DNA of 32,000 nt from the NCBI RefSeq assembly GCF_000179635.2, contig NC_014825.1, positions 120,001-152,000 of the forward strand, given 5' to 3'. The notes under the pieces are model-generated. The model ran no database searches, was not told the DNA's origin, and saw nothing but the letters and a program-made list of their open reading frames with translations. A program made the position numbers and the translations under genes. This DNA comes from Ruminococcus albus 7 = DSM 20455. Its GTDB lineage: Bacteria; Bacillota; Clostridia; Oscillospirales; Ruminococcaceae. Below are positions 7,573-14,334 of the stretch, piece by piece (position 1 is the first letter of the stretch; the number at the start of each line of letters is the position of its first letter).

Positions 7573-7601
7573 TTGACAAACCGCCGCTGATACGATATAA
7601 T
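7573..7601 (+). promoter_or_regulatory. Consensus sigma-A-type promoter for the 7637 gene
   Basis: TTGACA (7573-7578), a 17-nt spacer, then TATAAT (7596-7601), ending 36 nt upstream of the ATG. Confidence 0.7.
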
Positions 7602-7636
7602 TATAGTACAGACTATAACCATTGGAGGTAATCATC

Positions 7637-8059
7637 ATGCCAAGAAAGAAGAAAACAGTAACAACATCTGTTGCTGAGACTGTAAATGAAACCGTGAAGG
7701 CTCCTGTCAAAGAAAATGTTGCAGAAGTTGCTGCACCTGTTGATGAAAAGCCTGCAAAGAAGCCTGCCGCAAAGAGAACTCCTGCTAAGAAGTCCTCAGC
7801 AGGAAAAGCTAAAACTACAACCAGCAGCACCGAAAAGACTGCCAAGACAGCAACGACTGCGGCAGCACCGAAGGAGATCATCAAGCTCCAGCTCGGCAGT
7901 GATGAATACGATATTTCCGAAATAAAGAAAGCTGTTGAAGCCGATTACAAGGACAAATTCAATGGCAAGATTAAGACGGTCGATATTTATGTTAAGCCGG
8001 AGGATAAGGCGGCATACTATGTTATCAATTCCGATTTTTCGGATAAAATCGATCTTTGA
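7637..8059 (+). CDS. Lys/Ala/Pro/Thr-rich (histone H1-like tail) protein with a small conserved C-terminal domain; function unknown
   Basis: GGAGG lies 8 nt before the ATG at 7637. The N-terminal ~80 aa are low complexity (PAKKPAAKRTPAKKSSAGKAKTTT). The C-terminal ~60 aa are globular (IKLQLGSDEYDISEIKKAVEADYKDKFNGKIKTVDIYVKPEDKAAYYVIN). Confidence 0.7.
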   Translation: MPRKKKTVTTSVAETVNETVKAPVKENVAEVAAPVDEKPAKKPAAKRTPAKKSSAGKAKTTTSSTEKTAKTATTAAAPKEIIKLQLGSDEYDISEIKKAVEADYKDKFNGKIKTVDIYVKPEDKAAYYVINSDFSDKIDL

Positions 8060-8131
8060 TAATGCAGGAATCGTAGTATTATTCACTGTTGTAAGAAACG
8101 GTCAACCGCTAATCCGGCCGACCGTCCTTTC

Positions 8132-9454
8132 TTACCTTTGAATTTCAATCACAAATTTATCCTGAACAACCTTCAGCTTCAAATTTCTGACATACCGATT
8201 GCAGAAATTCTCCATTTCCTTTTTGGTAGCCGTGACCCTTGTGGCTTCATATATCTGCTGAGTAAGCTCCATGGGATTCTGACCGATAAGCGTAGGAAAA
8301 TGCTTTTCAAGCTCGGCAAAGAGCACCGCTTTTTTCATTTCCTCCGTACCTGCGGAACAGAAATCGTCTATCGCACAGTAATAGATACCATGCTGTGACA
8401 GTGCTTCTTTTATTGCCGAACCGCACTTTTCATACTCATACATTACAAGAAATTGGGCGTTCGGCAGGCTTTCGATAAGTCCCCAAAAGTCGGAATCGCT
8501 CGAAACGATAATGAACGATGTTATGCCATCACGGTAAAAGTCCGTGACAACGCTTGCGGTCATTCGCACGTCAACAAGGGATTTCCTGTCGGATACTCGC
8601 TCTATCTCGATATGCTCGGTGGGTATCTGCGTAAACTTTGAGAGCCAGTCCCAGCCTGCGGTAGTGTTCGGATCGTCATAGAGCGTTATTTTTTCAATCT
8701 TGGCTAATTCGTCCTGATTTAAGCCTTTCAGAACACTATACAGCTTGAAGGGGTTTGAATTCTCGCAGTCAACGGCAATAGCCGTTTTGGCTGAATCATC
8801 AATAAATTCGTAAATATTATTTCGTGTTTCATCGTCTGCATCACGGTATTTCGTGTAGTCGGAAAAAATATCGCCGTGCTGCTCATAAACTAATTTTAGA
8901 AATTTTCTGTCGGTGTAAATTATGTTTCCCCGATCTTCCGGTGTCCAATGTATAAACATTTGAAACGGGTAATGTTCTATGTTCGCCATGTACTTTGCAA
9001 ACTCGTCCCGAAGCACCTGCGGGCGCTGGTACTTTGGTATATAGAACAGATCTCGGATATAATCCCAGTTCACCCAATCGTAAAATAGGTGTGAGCACTT
9101 ATCAATATTTTCGTTTATCAGCTTTGTGAGATCCGTCATATATTTTTCAGAACGGTAATTTGCCTGAATAATCGTGAACCCCCACTTTTCAAGCTGCTTG
9201 ATGTTGTCGTGGTCGTACCATTCCAGAGTGTGAAGATTTTTAAGATCATAGTGCATGGCTGTGTCTGTTTTCTTGAATTTCTGCATAAGGGTCGTCCGCA
9301 GCTTGCACAAATATCGAATTACGGTAGCGCTACGGTCGGCATAAAGTTTGCCCAGAAGCTCACTGCACTCGGCAAAATGAGTTTCAAGAATATCCTTGCG
9401 GACTCCGATCATATATGAGATAGTAGTTACTACTTCTTTTGTATAAACTGTCAA
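8132..9454 (-). CDS. NYN/LabA-like (PIN-fold) domain protein with a large uncharacterised N-terminal region
   Basis: 440 aa. The NYN-type pattern is AIAVDCENSNP ... SLVDVRMTASVV ... FIIVSSDSDFWGLIESL. The annotated start is a TTG with AAGAGGA ~10 nt upstream; an in-frame ATG at codon 15 is an alternative. Confidence 0.7.
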   Translation of the reverse strand: MTVYTKEVVTTISYMIGVRKDILETHFAECSELLGKLYADRSATVIRYLCKLRTTLMQKFKKTDTAMHYDLKNLHTLEWYDHDNIKQLEKWGFTIIQANYRSEKYMTDLTKLINENIDKCSHLFYDWVNWDYIRDLFYIPKYQRPQVLRDEFAKYMANIEHYPFQMFIHWTPEDRGNIIYTDRKFLKLVYEQHGDIFSDYTKYRDADDETRNNIYEFIDDSAKTAIAVDCENSNPFKLYSVLKGLNQDELAKIEKITLYDDPNTTAGWDWLSKFTQIPTEHIEIERVSDRKSLVDVRMTASVVTDFYRDGITSFIIVSSDSDFWGLIESLPNAQFLVMYEYEKCGSAIKEALSQHGIYYCAIDDFCSAGTEEMKKAVLFAELEKHFPTLIGQNPMELTQQIYEATRVTATKKEMENFCNRYVRNLKLKVVQDKFVIEIQR

Positions 9455-9460
9455 TATTCA

Positions 9461-9724
9461 TCATCCTCTTTCATCATCTGTATTTGCTATGTGCTTGTCA
9501 ATAACAGCGATAATCTGTTGCAGCCTGCTCTCGCCGATGCCCTTTATTGTGGCAATGTCGGCTTTCAGGCTATCATAATCAATGCTCTGTGATTCGGCAG
9601 CACCGTACCCCTGCGCATAAACATTCTGCACGAACTGCTCCATTTCAGTGCGGTTCATAGCTTTTATTCGCTTGTAAAGGGTACGGTCTATCAGCTGTTC
9701 TTTTTCGTTTTCCATTGCGTTCAC
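9461..9724 (-). CDS. Small hypothetical protein with a helix-hairpin-helix-like motif, first gene of the operon with the NYN protein
   Basis: 87 aa. GGAGG lies 8 nt before the ATG. IKGIGESRLQQIIAVI resembles an HhH motif. It ends 6 nt before the NYN gene start. Confidence 0.6.
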   Translation of the reverse strand: MNAMENEKEQLIDRTLYKRIKAMNRTEMEQFVQNVYAQGYGAAESQSIDYDSLKADIATIKGIGESRLQQIIAVIDKHIANTDDERG

Positions 9725-9745
9725 CTCCGATCTGCTCTTATAAAT

Positions 9746-9774
9746 ATTATACCATAACCGGAGGTATTATTCAA
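9746..9774 (-). promoter_or_regulatory. Near-consensus promoter for the 9724<-8132 operon
   Basis: The minus strand reads TTGAAT, a 17-nt spacer, then TATAAT (plus-strand ATTCAA at 9769-9774 and ATTATA at 9746-9751). Confidence 0.6.
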
Positions 9775-9859
9775 TGAAAAGACGGTGAAATAAAGCTATA
9801 GCTGCGAAAACAAACCATGAAATCTTTTTTAGCAAAAGCAGCCGGCACGTTTTTTTGTG

Positions 9860-11251
9860 TCAGCGTTTCTTTCTCTTTTTTCTCGCCTCCTGCTCCCTGC
9901 GCTGACGTTCTTCCTCAATAAGTTCCGCAACATAATCACGCTTCGACAGCCTGTCGTAAGTGTCCAAAATATCTTGGTATACAGCATACTTCTGCTTGCA
10001 GCCTTCAAGTTTTTCCTTGAGGGCTGCTATTTTTCTGCCTGAAATTGCGGCACGTTCTCGGAGGGTATCAACATCTGACATTGTTAGCAGACCGTTATTT
10101 TGCATAGCCAGCCTGCAAACTGACAACTTGCTTTGCTCCGTGGCAGACAACTCGGTCTTATGTGCAAGGGTATAGTAAGTCTGCGACTGCTCCAGCAGGC
10201 TCATCATTTTGTTGTACTCCATGATTTGCTGATTTATCTCAGCCTTATATTTTTCAGACAGAGTTTTCTGCTCCTTAGCCTTGTACTCCAGATCACTGAG
10301 CGAATGAATATTTTCCTTGTTCATGACGGACATCTGTGCTGACAGCTTGTAAACATCAAGGTCGTTACCAGCTGAGTATGGCAATTCACTGTTTTGCTTT
10401 CTCGGAACTTTTCTGTGCTGGTCTGCAAGCACACGAACATCTCCGATTACAGAGGCATAGGCTGCCCTCAATTCTGCGTCGCTGTCATGCGAAGGTGCAG
10501 TACCCTCACCCACTTCACGATACTGTATGCGTGTGACAAGGCTTTCTTCGGTGTACTCCTCTCCGAGCGTTTTGGTTCTTACAAAGCGAAGCTGTCCCGG
10601 TGCTTTGATGGATATATACTTCCCGCGCTTTATCTCATAGCCCAGCCCTTCAAGAGCCTGCAACAGTTCATCAAGCGAATTAACTGTGGGTATCAGCTTG
10701 TCGATCTCTTCACGAATCTGCTGTTTCCACGAAGTGCCGTTCTTTTTATGTTCCCATTCGTTGTACTGCATAGAATGACCCTTGTCCTCAAAGTGAAGTG
10801 CAGGAGTAATACCTAAAGCCCGGCATACACCGTTTGCGTGTTCACGGACATACCGCAAAGTTGCTTGGTTGTCGTTATACTTGCGTCCGGAAATGGAGTA
10901 AGAATTTAGTATGATATGACAATGTGTGTGCGAAGTATTTGTATGAGTTGCGATGACCGCCTGAGCATCGTCACCAAAAGTGTTACGCACGAAAGCCATA
11001 GCTACCTTCTGAGCGTACTCGGGCGTGACATTTTCCGAATCTGCAAAACTCATGATGTAGTGGATAGCTTTGACAGGAGTTTTCCCCTCTCTATTGATAG
11101 GTTCATCATAACTGCGGCGAGTGTAGAACTCATAAATCATCTTCATCTGCAAATATGCGTCCTGCGCATCAGTTGTGCAATTTATGGAGGTCGCTAACAC
11201 CATGCCCTCGGTTTTTTCGGGATTTAATATGTAGGCTATGCTTTTGTTCAC
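9860..11251 (-). CDS. Mobilisation relaxase (MobA/VirD2-type relaxase domain)
   Basis: 463 aa. It has the HxDxxxxHxH-type histidine cluster ATHTNTSHTHCHIILNS, NPEKT near the N-terminus and a long coiled-coil C-terminus. The GTG start overlaps the mobC stop (GTGA). See the finding on the N-terminus. Confidence 0.88.
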   Translation of the reverse strand: MNKSIAYILNPEKTEGMVLATSINCTTDAQDAYLQMKMIYEFYTRRSYDEPINREGKTPVKAIHYIMSFADSENVTPEYAQKVAMAFVRNTFGDDAQAVIATHTNTSHTHCHIILNSYSISGRKYNDNQATLRYVREHANGVCRALGITPALHFEDKGHSMQYNEWEHKKNGTSWKQQIREEIDKLIPTVNSLDELLQALEGLGYEIKRGKYISIKAPGQLRFVRTKTLGEEYTEESLVTRIQYREVGEGTAPSHDSDAELRAAYASVIGDVRVLADQHRKVPRKQNSELPYSAGNDLDVYKLSAQMSVMNKENIHSLSDLEYKAKEQKTLSEKYKAEINQQIMEYNKMMSLLEQSQTYYTLAHKTELSATEQSKLSVCRLAMQNNGLLTMSDVDTLRERAAISGRKIAALKEKLEGCKQKYAVYQDILDTYDRLSKRDYVAELIEEERQRREQEARKKRKKR

Positions 11252-11577
11252 TGTTCCGTGAATGGATTTTGACTTAACGTATGGGATAGCTTGGACACTT
11301 CCTCTCTTAGTTTTTCAACGTCCCCTGCGTAGATGTTGTTCGTTTCATTTGCCTTTTTAGCGATCTGGTTGATATTGTTGGAAATTATTCTCATGCCGTT
11401 CAGGAGGGGGATAAACTTTTCCATGTCATAATAATTCATCTCTCCATGAACAGCCATGTGTCTTATGTACGTTCCTGTTTTCGTGTGACAGACGGCAGCC
11501 CTGCGTTCTACCTCCGCCCATTCTTCAAGTGAAAAGTCTATCTCCTTGCGATGCACCTGTTTGTATTTTCTTGCCAT
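11248..11577 (-). CDS. mobC: MobC-family relaxosome accessory protein
   Basis: 109 aa with a ribbon-helix-helix-like N-terminus (IDFSLEEWAEVERRAAV) and GMRIISNNINQIAKKAN, the typical MobC motif. It lies immediately upstream of, and overlaps, the relaxase. Confidence 0.85.
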   Translation of the reverse strand: MARKYKQVHRKEIDFSLEEWAEVERRAAVCHTKTGTYIRHMAVHGEMNYYDMEKFIPLLNGMRIISNNINQIAKKANETNNIYAGDVEKLREEVSKLSHTLSQNPFTEQ

Positions 11578-11696
11578 AATTCATGACTCCTTTCATTTCT
11601 ATGAAAATAATTACTGCTTCCCGAGAGGGGGCAACAGTTAAGGGTGACGGGTTCCATTAACAGCCAAATTGCAGGGGGGTACGACTGCGATTTGGA

Positions 11697-11725
11697 AGAA
11701 AGAGCCAAAGAATACGGCTCTTTCT
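11697..11725. repeat. 10-bp-stem hairpin in the mobC upstream region (candidate oriT inverted repeat)
   Basis: AGAAAGAGCC (11697-11706) pairs with GGCTCTTTCT (11716-11725) around a 9-nt loop. It is followed by GTACTTGCTGGCTGTGTGCGCTTAA, which contains a GTGCGC core. Confidence 0.35.
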
Positions 11726-11756
11726 GTACTTGCTGGCTGTGTGCGCTTAAAAAATA

Positions 11757-11781
11757 TATGGATTCCGAAAAATCCATTTTT
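11757..11781 (+). terminator. Terminator-like hairpin with no obvious upstream gene
   Basis: ATGGATT-CCGAAA-AATCCAT is followed by TTTTT. The A/T-rich left flank would make it bidirectional. Confidence 0.4.
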
Positions 11782-11842
11782 TAGCCTATTTGAACTTACC
11801 CCCACACATTATTTTTCGCTGCAAAAACAGACGAAATTTTTA

Positions 11843-12025
11843 CCCCTTTCATAAGTTAGGGGTCGGTAGACAGGATTTTTTACGTCACCTAAAACAAAAT
11901 CATGAAAATAACCATACAGGCACGATGCAAACTTGCCGATGCTTGTGCAATTATACAAAATTTCCAAAAACTCGCCTTCCAGACCTCAAAAAAATGGCTT
12001 CCCGACCCCTAACTTATGAGAGGGG
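11843..12025. repeat. 24-bp inverted repeat pair flanking 135 bp
   Basis: CCCCTTTCATAAGTTAGGGGTCGG (11843-11866) versus the revcomp of 12002-12025, CCCCTCTCATAAGTTAGGGGTCGG, matches at 23 of 24 positions. Confidence 0.8.
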
Positions 12026-12120
12026 CAGAAATGCCGATGATATTTTATCGCTGAAATATTATTTAGCTTGCCTGTTTTATCTGCCCCACTCAAATACAAA
12101 AAATGTTAAGGGAGGCTGAT

Positions 12121-12744
12121 ATGTCAAATATCTTTCAGGACATAAAGGATAGGATCGACCTGAAAGACCTTGTAAGGTATTACGGTTTAAATGTTGACCG
12201 GGGCGGATTTGCTTGCTGCCCCTTTCACAACGAACGCAACCCTTCCTTTAAAGTCTATGAAGATCATTATCACTGTTTCGGGTGCGGTGCGCACGGGGAC
12301 CACACAGACTTTGTTGAGAAGCTCTACGGGGTATCGAACATTGAAGCTGCAAAAAAAATCAGTCACGACTTCGGGCTGGGGCTTTGCGACGGGGAAATAG
12401 CCATCCCCGCAAAACGCAAAAAGCTCCGACCCCCTAAAGATGAAGGATTTGAATTGTGGGTGAAAGAATCGGTACCTCTGCTGATTGAGTATAAAAAGCT
12501 GCTGCAATATTGGGGCAAAATCTACGACCCCCGCAGTCCGATAGATAAAGTTGATGAGCGGTATATTGAGAGCGTCCACAATCGCGGGTACGCAGAATAT
12601 TTCCTCGATCAGCTGCTCTACGGTACCGAGAACGAAAAACGTGCGATGTACGAAACGGACAGGGACTACCCTTTGACAGTAAAAATCCGGCTGGACAGTT
12701 TGGACACCGTCTGCCGGAATGCGTGTAAATCTAAAGCAATATAA
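12121..12744 (+). CDS. CHC2 zinc-finger (DnaG-type primase zinc-binding) domain protein, no Toprim domain
   Basis: GGGAGG lies 6-7 nt before the ATG at 12121. The CHC2 finger is CCPFHNERNPSFKVYEDHYHCFGCGAHGD. The protein is 207 aa. Confidence 0.8.
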   Translation: MSNIFQDIKDRIDLKDLVRYYGLNVDRGGFACCPFHNERNPSFKVYEDHYHCFGCGAHGDHTDFVEKLYGVSNIEAAKKISHDFGLGLCDGEIAIPAKRKKLRPPKDEGFELWVKESVPLLIEYKKLLQYWGKIYDPRSPIDKVDERYIESVHNRGYAEYFLDQLLYGTENEKRAMYETDRDYPLTVKIRLDSLDTVCRNACKSKAI

Positions 12745-12760
12745 ATGGAGGACTAATAAA

Positions 12761-12862
12761 ATGATGAAGTTTCTTATAGGTGCGGTATTCTGCGGGTCGG
12801 GAGCTTTCTTCCCGTTCCTGCTGGTCGATGATGACATGGAGGTCGTGTCCGATGAAGTTTGA
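12761..12862 (+). CDS. Possible 33-aa hydrophobic/acidic micro-protein
   Basis: GGAGGA (12747-12752) lies 8 nt before the ATG. The product is MMKFLIGAVFCGSGAFFPFLLVDDDMEVVSDEV. It overlaps the next ATG (12852) by 11 nt. It could instead be a remnant of a decayed gene. Confidence 0.3.
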   Translation: MMKFLIGAVFCGSGAFFPFLLVDDDMEVVSDEV

Positions 12863-13244
12863 AAATCGTGACACCGAAGTGTTCATGTACCTTGTTCGGA
12901 TATTTGTTGCGGACAAGCACAACTACCTGCTGCCGACAACGGAGCATTACAAGGTGAATCCGAACAAAACGCTGCTCGGGTATTACGACGATGAATATAT
13001 CTACCTTATGCCGAGCGTCCTGCTGGGAATGTGCGATGATTATCTCACGAAGATAGGCAGACCTAAGATAAATATTCAGAAGGTTCTGAACACTCTGTTC
13101 AGGGCGAACCTCATAAAAGTCGGCTGGGTGATGCGCAAGGATCTTCGCTACCGCCCCGAAAAGCGTATCGGAAACACACGACGCAGATATATCACCTTCA
13201 TCAGAAGGGAGCTTAGAAAAGAGAGGGAAGATAGCAATGACTAA
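12852..13244 (+). CDS. Hypothetical basic protein (start uncertain; the ORF is open from 12780)
   Basis: MKFENRDTEVFMYLVRIF...RRRYITFIRRELRKEREDSND. GGAGG lies 11 nt before the ATG at 12852. I recognise no family. Confidence 0.5.
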   Translation: MKFENRDTEVFMYLVRIFVADKHNYLLPTTEHYKVNPNKTLLGYYDDEYIYLMPSVLLGMCDDYLTKIGRPKINIQKVLNTLFRANLIKVGWVMRKDLRYRPEKRIGNTRRRYITFIRRELRKEREDSND

Positions 13245-13422
13245 CGAAAAGCTGAGATACCAGATGATACTCGCGGGCGTGAGTCTGACCGAACTTGCCG
13301 AGAAGATGGGCATTACCGATGAGGAGATGGTGGCGAAGATGAACACCGAAATGTCTGTTATGGAAAAGTTCAAAGTGGCGTCCGCGATCTCCGATATTAT
13401 CGTGGAAAGAGGCGATGACTAA
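13237..13422 (+). CDS. Small HTH-like protein
   Basis: 61 aa. GVSLTELAEKMGITDEEMVAKMN looks like a helix-turn-helix. It overlaps both neighbours (8 nt upstream; ATGA-type 1-nt overlap downstream). Confidence 0.55.
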   Translation: MTNEKLRYQMILAGVSLTELAEKMGITDEEMVAKMNTEMSVMEKFKVASAISDIIVERGDD

Positions 13423-13667
13423 TGGATACACGAGAATTTACCAAAGAGCTTGCAAGCCGCAAGGGTATCTCGGAACAGTCGGCGTACCGCTACATAAATT
13501 CGGTGATGGACGTGCTTCGGCAGGTTCTGACCGAGGGTGAGGAAGTGAGGGTCGGCAGCTTCGGACGCTTTACGGTCGTTACCGATCTTTCGGGGGATAA
13601 GACCGTAATGTTCTGTTCGGCGAAATCGCTGAAGCAGGCGGTAAATGCGGGCGAGGGAATGATCTGA
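13422..13667 (+). CDS. HU/IHF-fold DNA-binding protein with a shortened beta-arm
   Basis: 81 aa. FTKELASRKGISEQSAYRYINSVMDVLRQVLTEGEEVRVGSFGRFTV ... SAKSLKQAVN follows the HU pattern, but the arm segment (R-x-G-R-N-P) is missing. Confidence 0.7.
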   Translation: MDTREFTKELASRKGISEQSAYRYINSVMDVLRQVLTEGEEVRVGSFGRFTVVTDLSGDKTVMFCSAKSLKQAVNAGEGMI

Positions 13668-13783
13668 ACACCGACGCGGTTTCGGTCAAGGTAAATGAAA
13701 ACGGGAGAATGATATTCAACTTCAAGGGGATACGCTCCTATCATGGTGAAAAACTTTGAGCAGCTGACAGCTTTCTCAACAAT

Positions 13784-13813
13784 AAAAAAGAGGACTGCAA
13801 CTCGGCAGCCCTC
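13784..13813 (-). terminator. Intrinsic terminator for the DUF4314-like gene
   Basis: The minus strand reads GAGGGCTGC-CGAGTT-GCAGTCCTC (9-bp stem, one mismatch) followed by TTTTTTATTG. Confidence 0.65.
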
Positions 13814-13942
13814 ACATTGTTTGAGAAATATATTACAGCATAAGTTTGTACCCTATCAGTCATCGTGATTATATTACAGCTATGCCCAAGCATTTATGTA
13901 ATCGTGAAATACACTGATGGGTACAAATGATTGTTACAGCGT

Positions 13943-14131
13943 TCAAGCCGCAAGCTCGAAGATTTTTAAAAGCTGTTCCTCGGAGAATCTTCCCTGACCC
14001 CCATCGCTCCAGTCAACAAAGATCTGGTCAAAATCATCAATGTAGACTATTGTTGCTGTTGAGCCGATGGGTCTGCTCCCGTCGAAATCCTTGATGAGTT
14101 TTACCGTCATACCTACTGTTATTTTTTCCAT
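13943..14131 (-). CDS. DUF4314-like small protein
   Basis: 62 aa. VGMTVKLIKDFDGSRPIGSTATIVYIDDFDQIFVDWSDGG matches my recollection of the DUF4314 pattern (G..V.L...pi..G..GtV..iDD.GqI.V.WdnG). GGGAGG lies 8 nt before the ATG. Confidence 0.7.
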   Translation of the reverse strand: MEKITVGMTVKLIKDFDGSRPIGSTATIVYIDDFDQIFVDWSDGGQGRFSEEQLLKIFELAA

Positions 14132-14176
14132 TTTACTGCCTCCCGAAAAGTGTTTGCTGTGACAAACAGCTTTATC

Positions 14177-14205
14177 ATTATACTACATCATACGGGTTGT
14201 GTCAA
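14177..14205 (-). promoter_or_regulatory. Perfect consensus promoter for the DUF4314-like gene
   Basis: The minus strand reads TTGACA, a 17-nt spacer, then TATAAT (plus-strand TGTCAA at 14200-14205 and ATTATA at 14177-14182). Confidence 0.7.
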
Positions 14206-14230
14206 TCGGCGATCCGACGATTTTTCACGG

Positions 14231-14328
14231 CAAAAGAAAGGGGGCTGCCACGCAGCAGCCCCACGATCTCCGAGCCGAAGCTCGATTGCCCTTTTGCCAA
14301 ATGCCGTTCGTCCATACGGCATCGCCCA
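14231..14328 (-). ncRNA. Candidate ~100-nt small RNA (stand-alone promoter-to-terminator unit)
   Basis: It is bounded by the TTGACA-N17-TATACT promoter (14335-14363) and the terminator GGGGCTGC-TGCGTG-GCAGCCCC + CTTTCTTTTG (14262-14231). It contains two more hairpins: ATGCCGT/ACGGCAT (14301-14322) and CGAGC-UUCG-GCUCG (14271-14284). There is no SD-preceded ORF. Confidence 0.45.
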
Positions 14329-14334
14329 AAGAAT

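Noticed and set aside
7531-7884. 117-aa very hydrophobic minus-strand ORF (AAVVAVLAVFSVLLVVVLAF...)
   Set aside because: It is the antisense reading of the Lys/Ala/Thr-rich low-complexity gene (AAG/GCA/ACA repeats read backwards). The plus-strand gene has the promoter and the SD.
8098-8128. Possible bidirectional terminator between the convergent genes ending at 8059 and 8132
   Set aside because: There is only a 6-bp stem (ACGGTC/GACCGT) with a 16-nt loop and no clear T-tract. This is too weak to call.
11790-12119. 109-aa plus-strand ORF filling the mob/primase intergenic region
   Set aside because: It has no SD, its composition is odd, and it spans both arms of the 24-bp inverted repeat. 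The region reads better as cis-acting DNA.
12187-12837. Long antisense ORFs. Examples: 12187-12837 (216 aa), 12774-13373, 15555-16355 (266 aa), 17989-18615 (208 aa), 6136-6705 (189 aa), 4377-4793, 2817-3437, 2203-2625, 21204-21647, 22143-22637 and 23485-23835.
   Set aside because: Each lies opposite a gene with clear family motifs. None has a Shine-Dalgarno site or recognisable motifs, and their compositions are typical of shadow frames.
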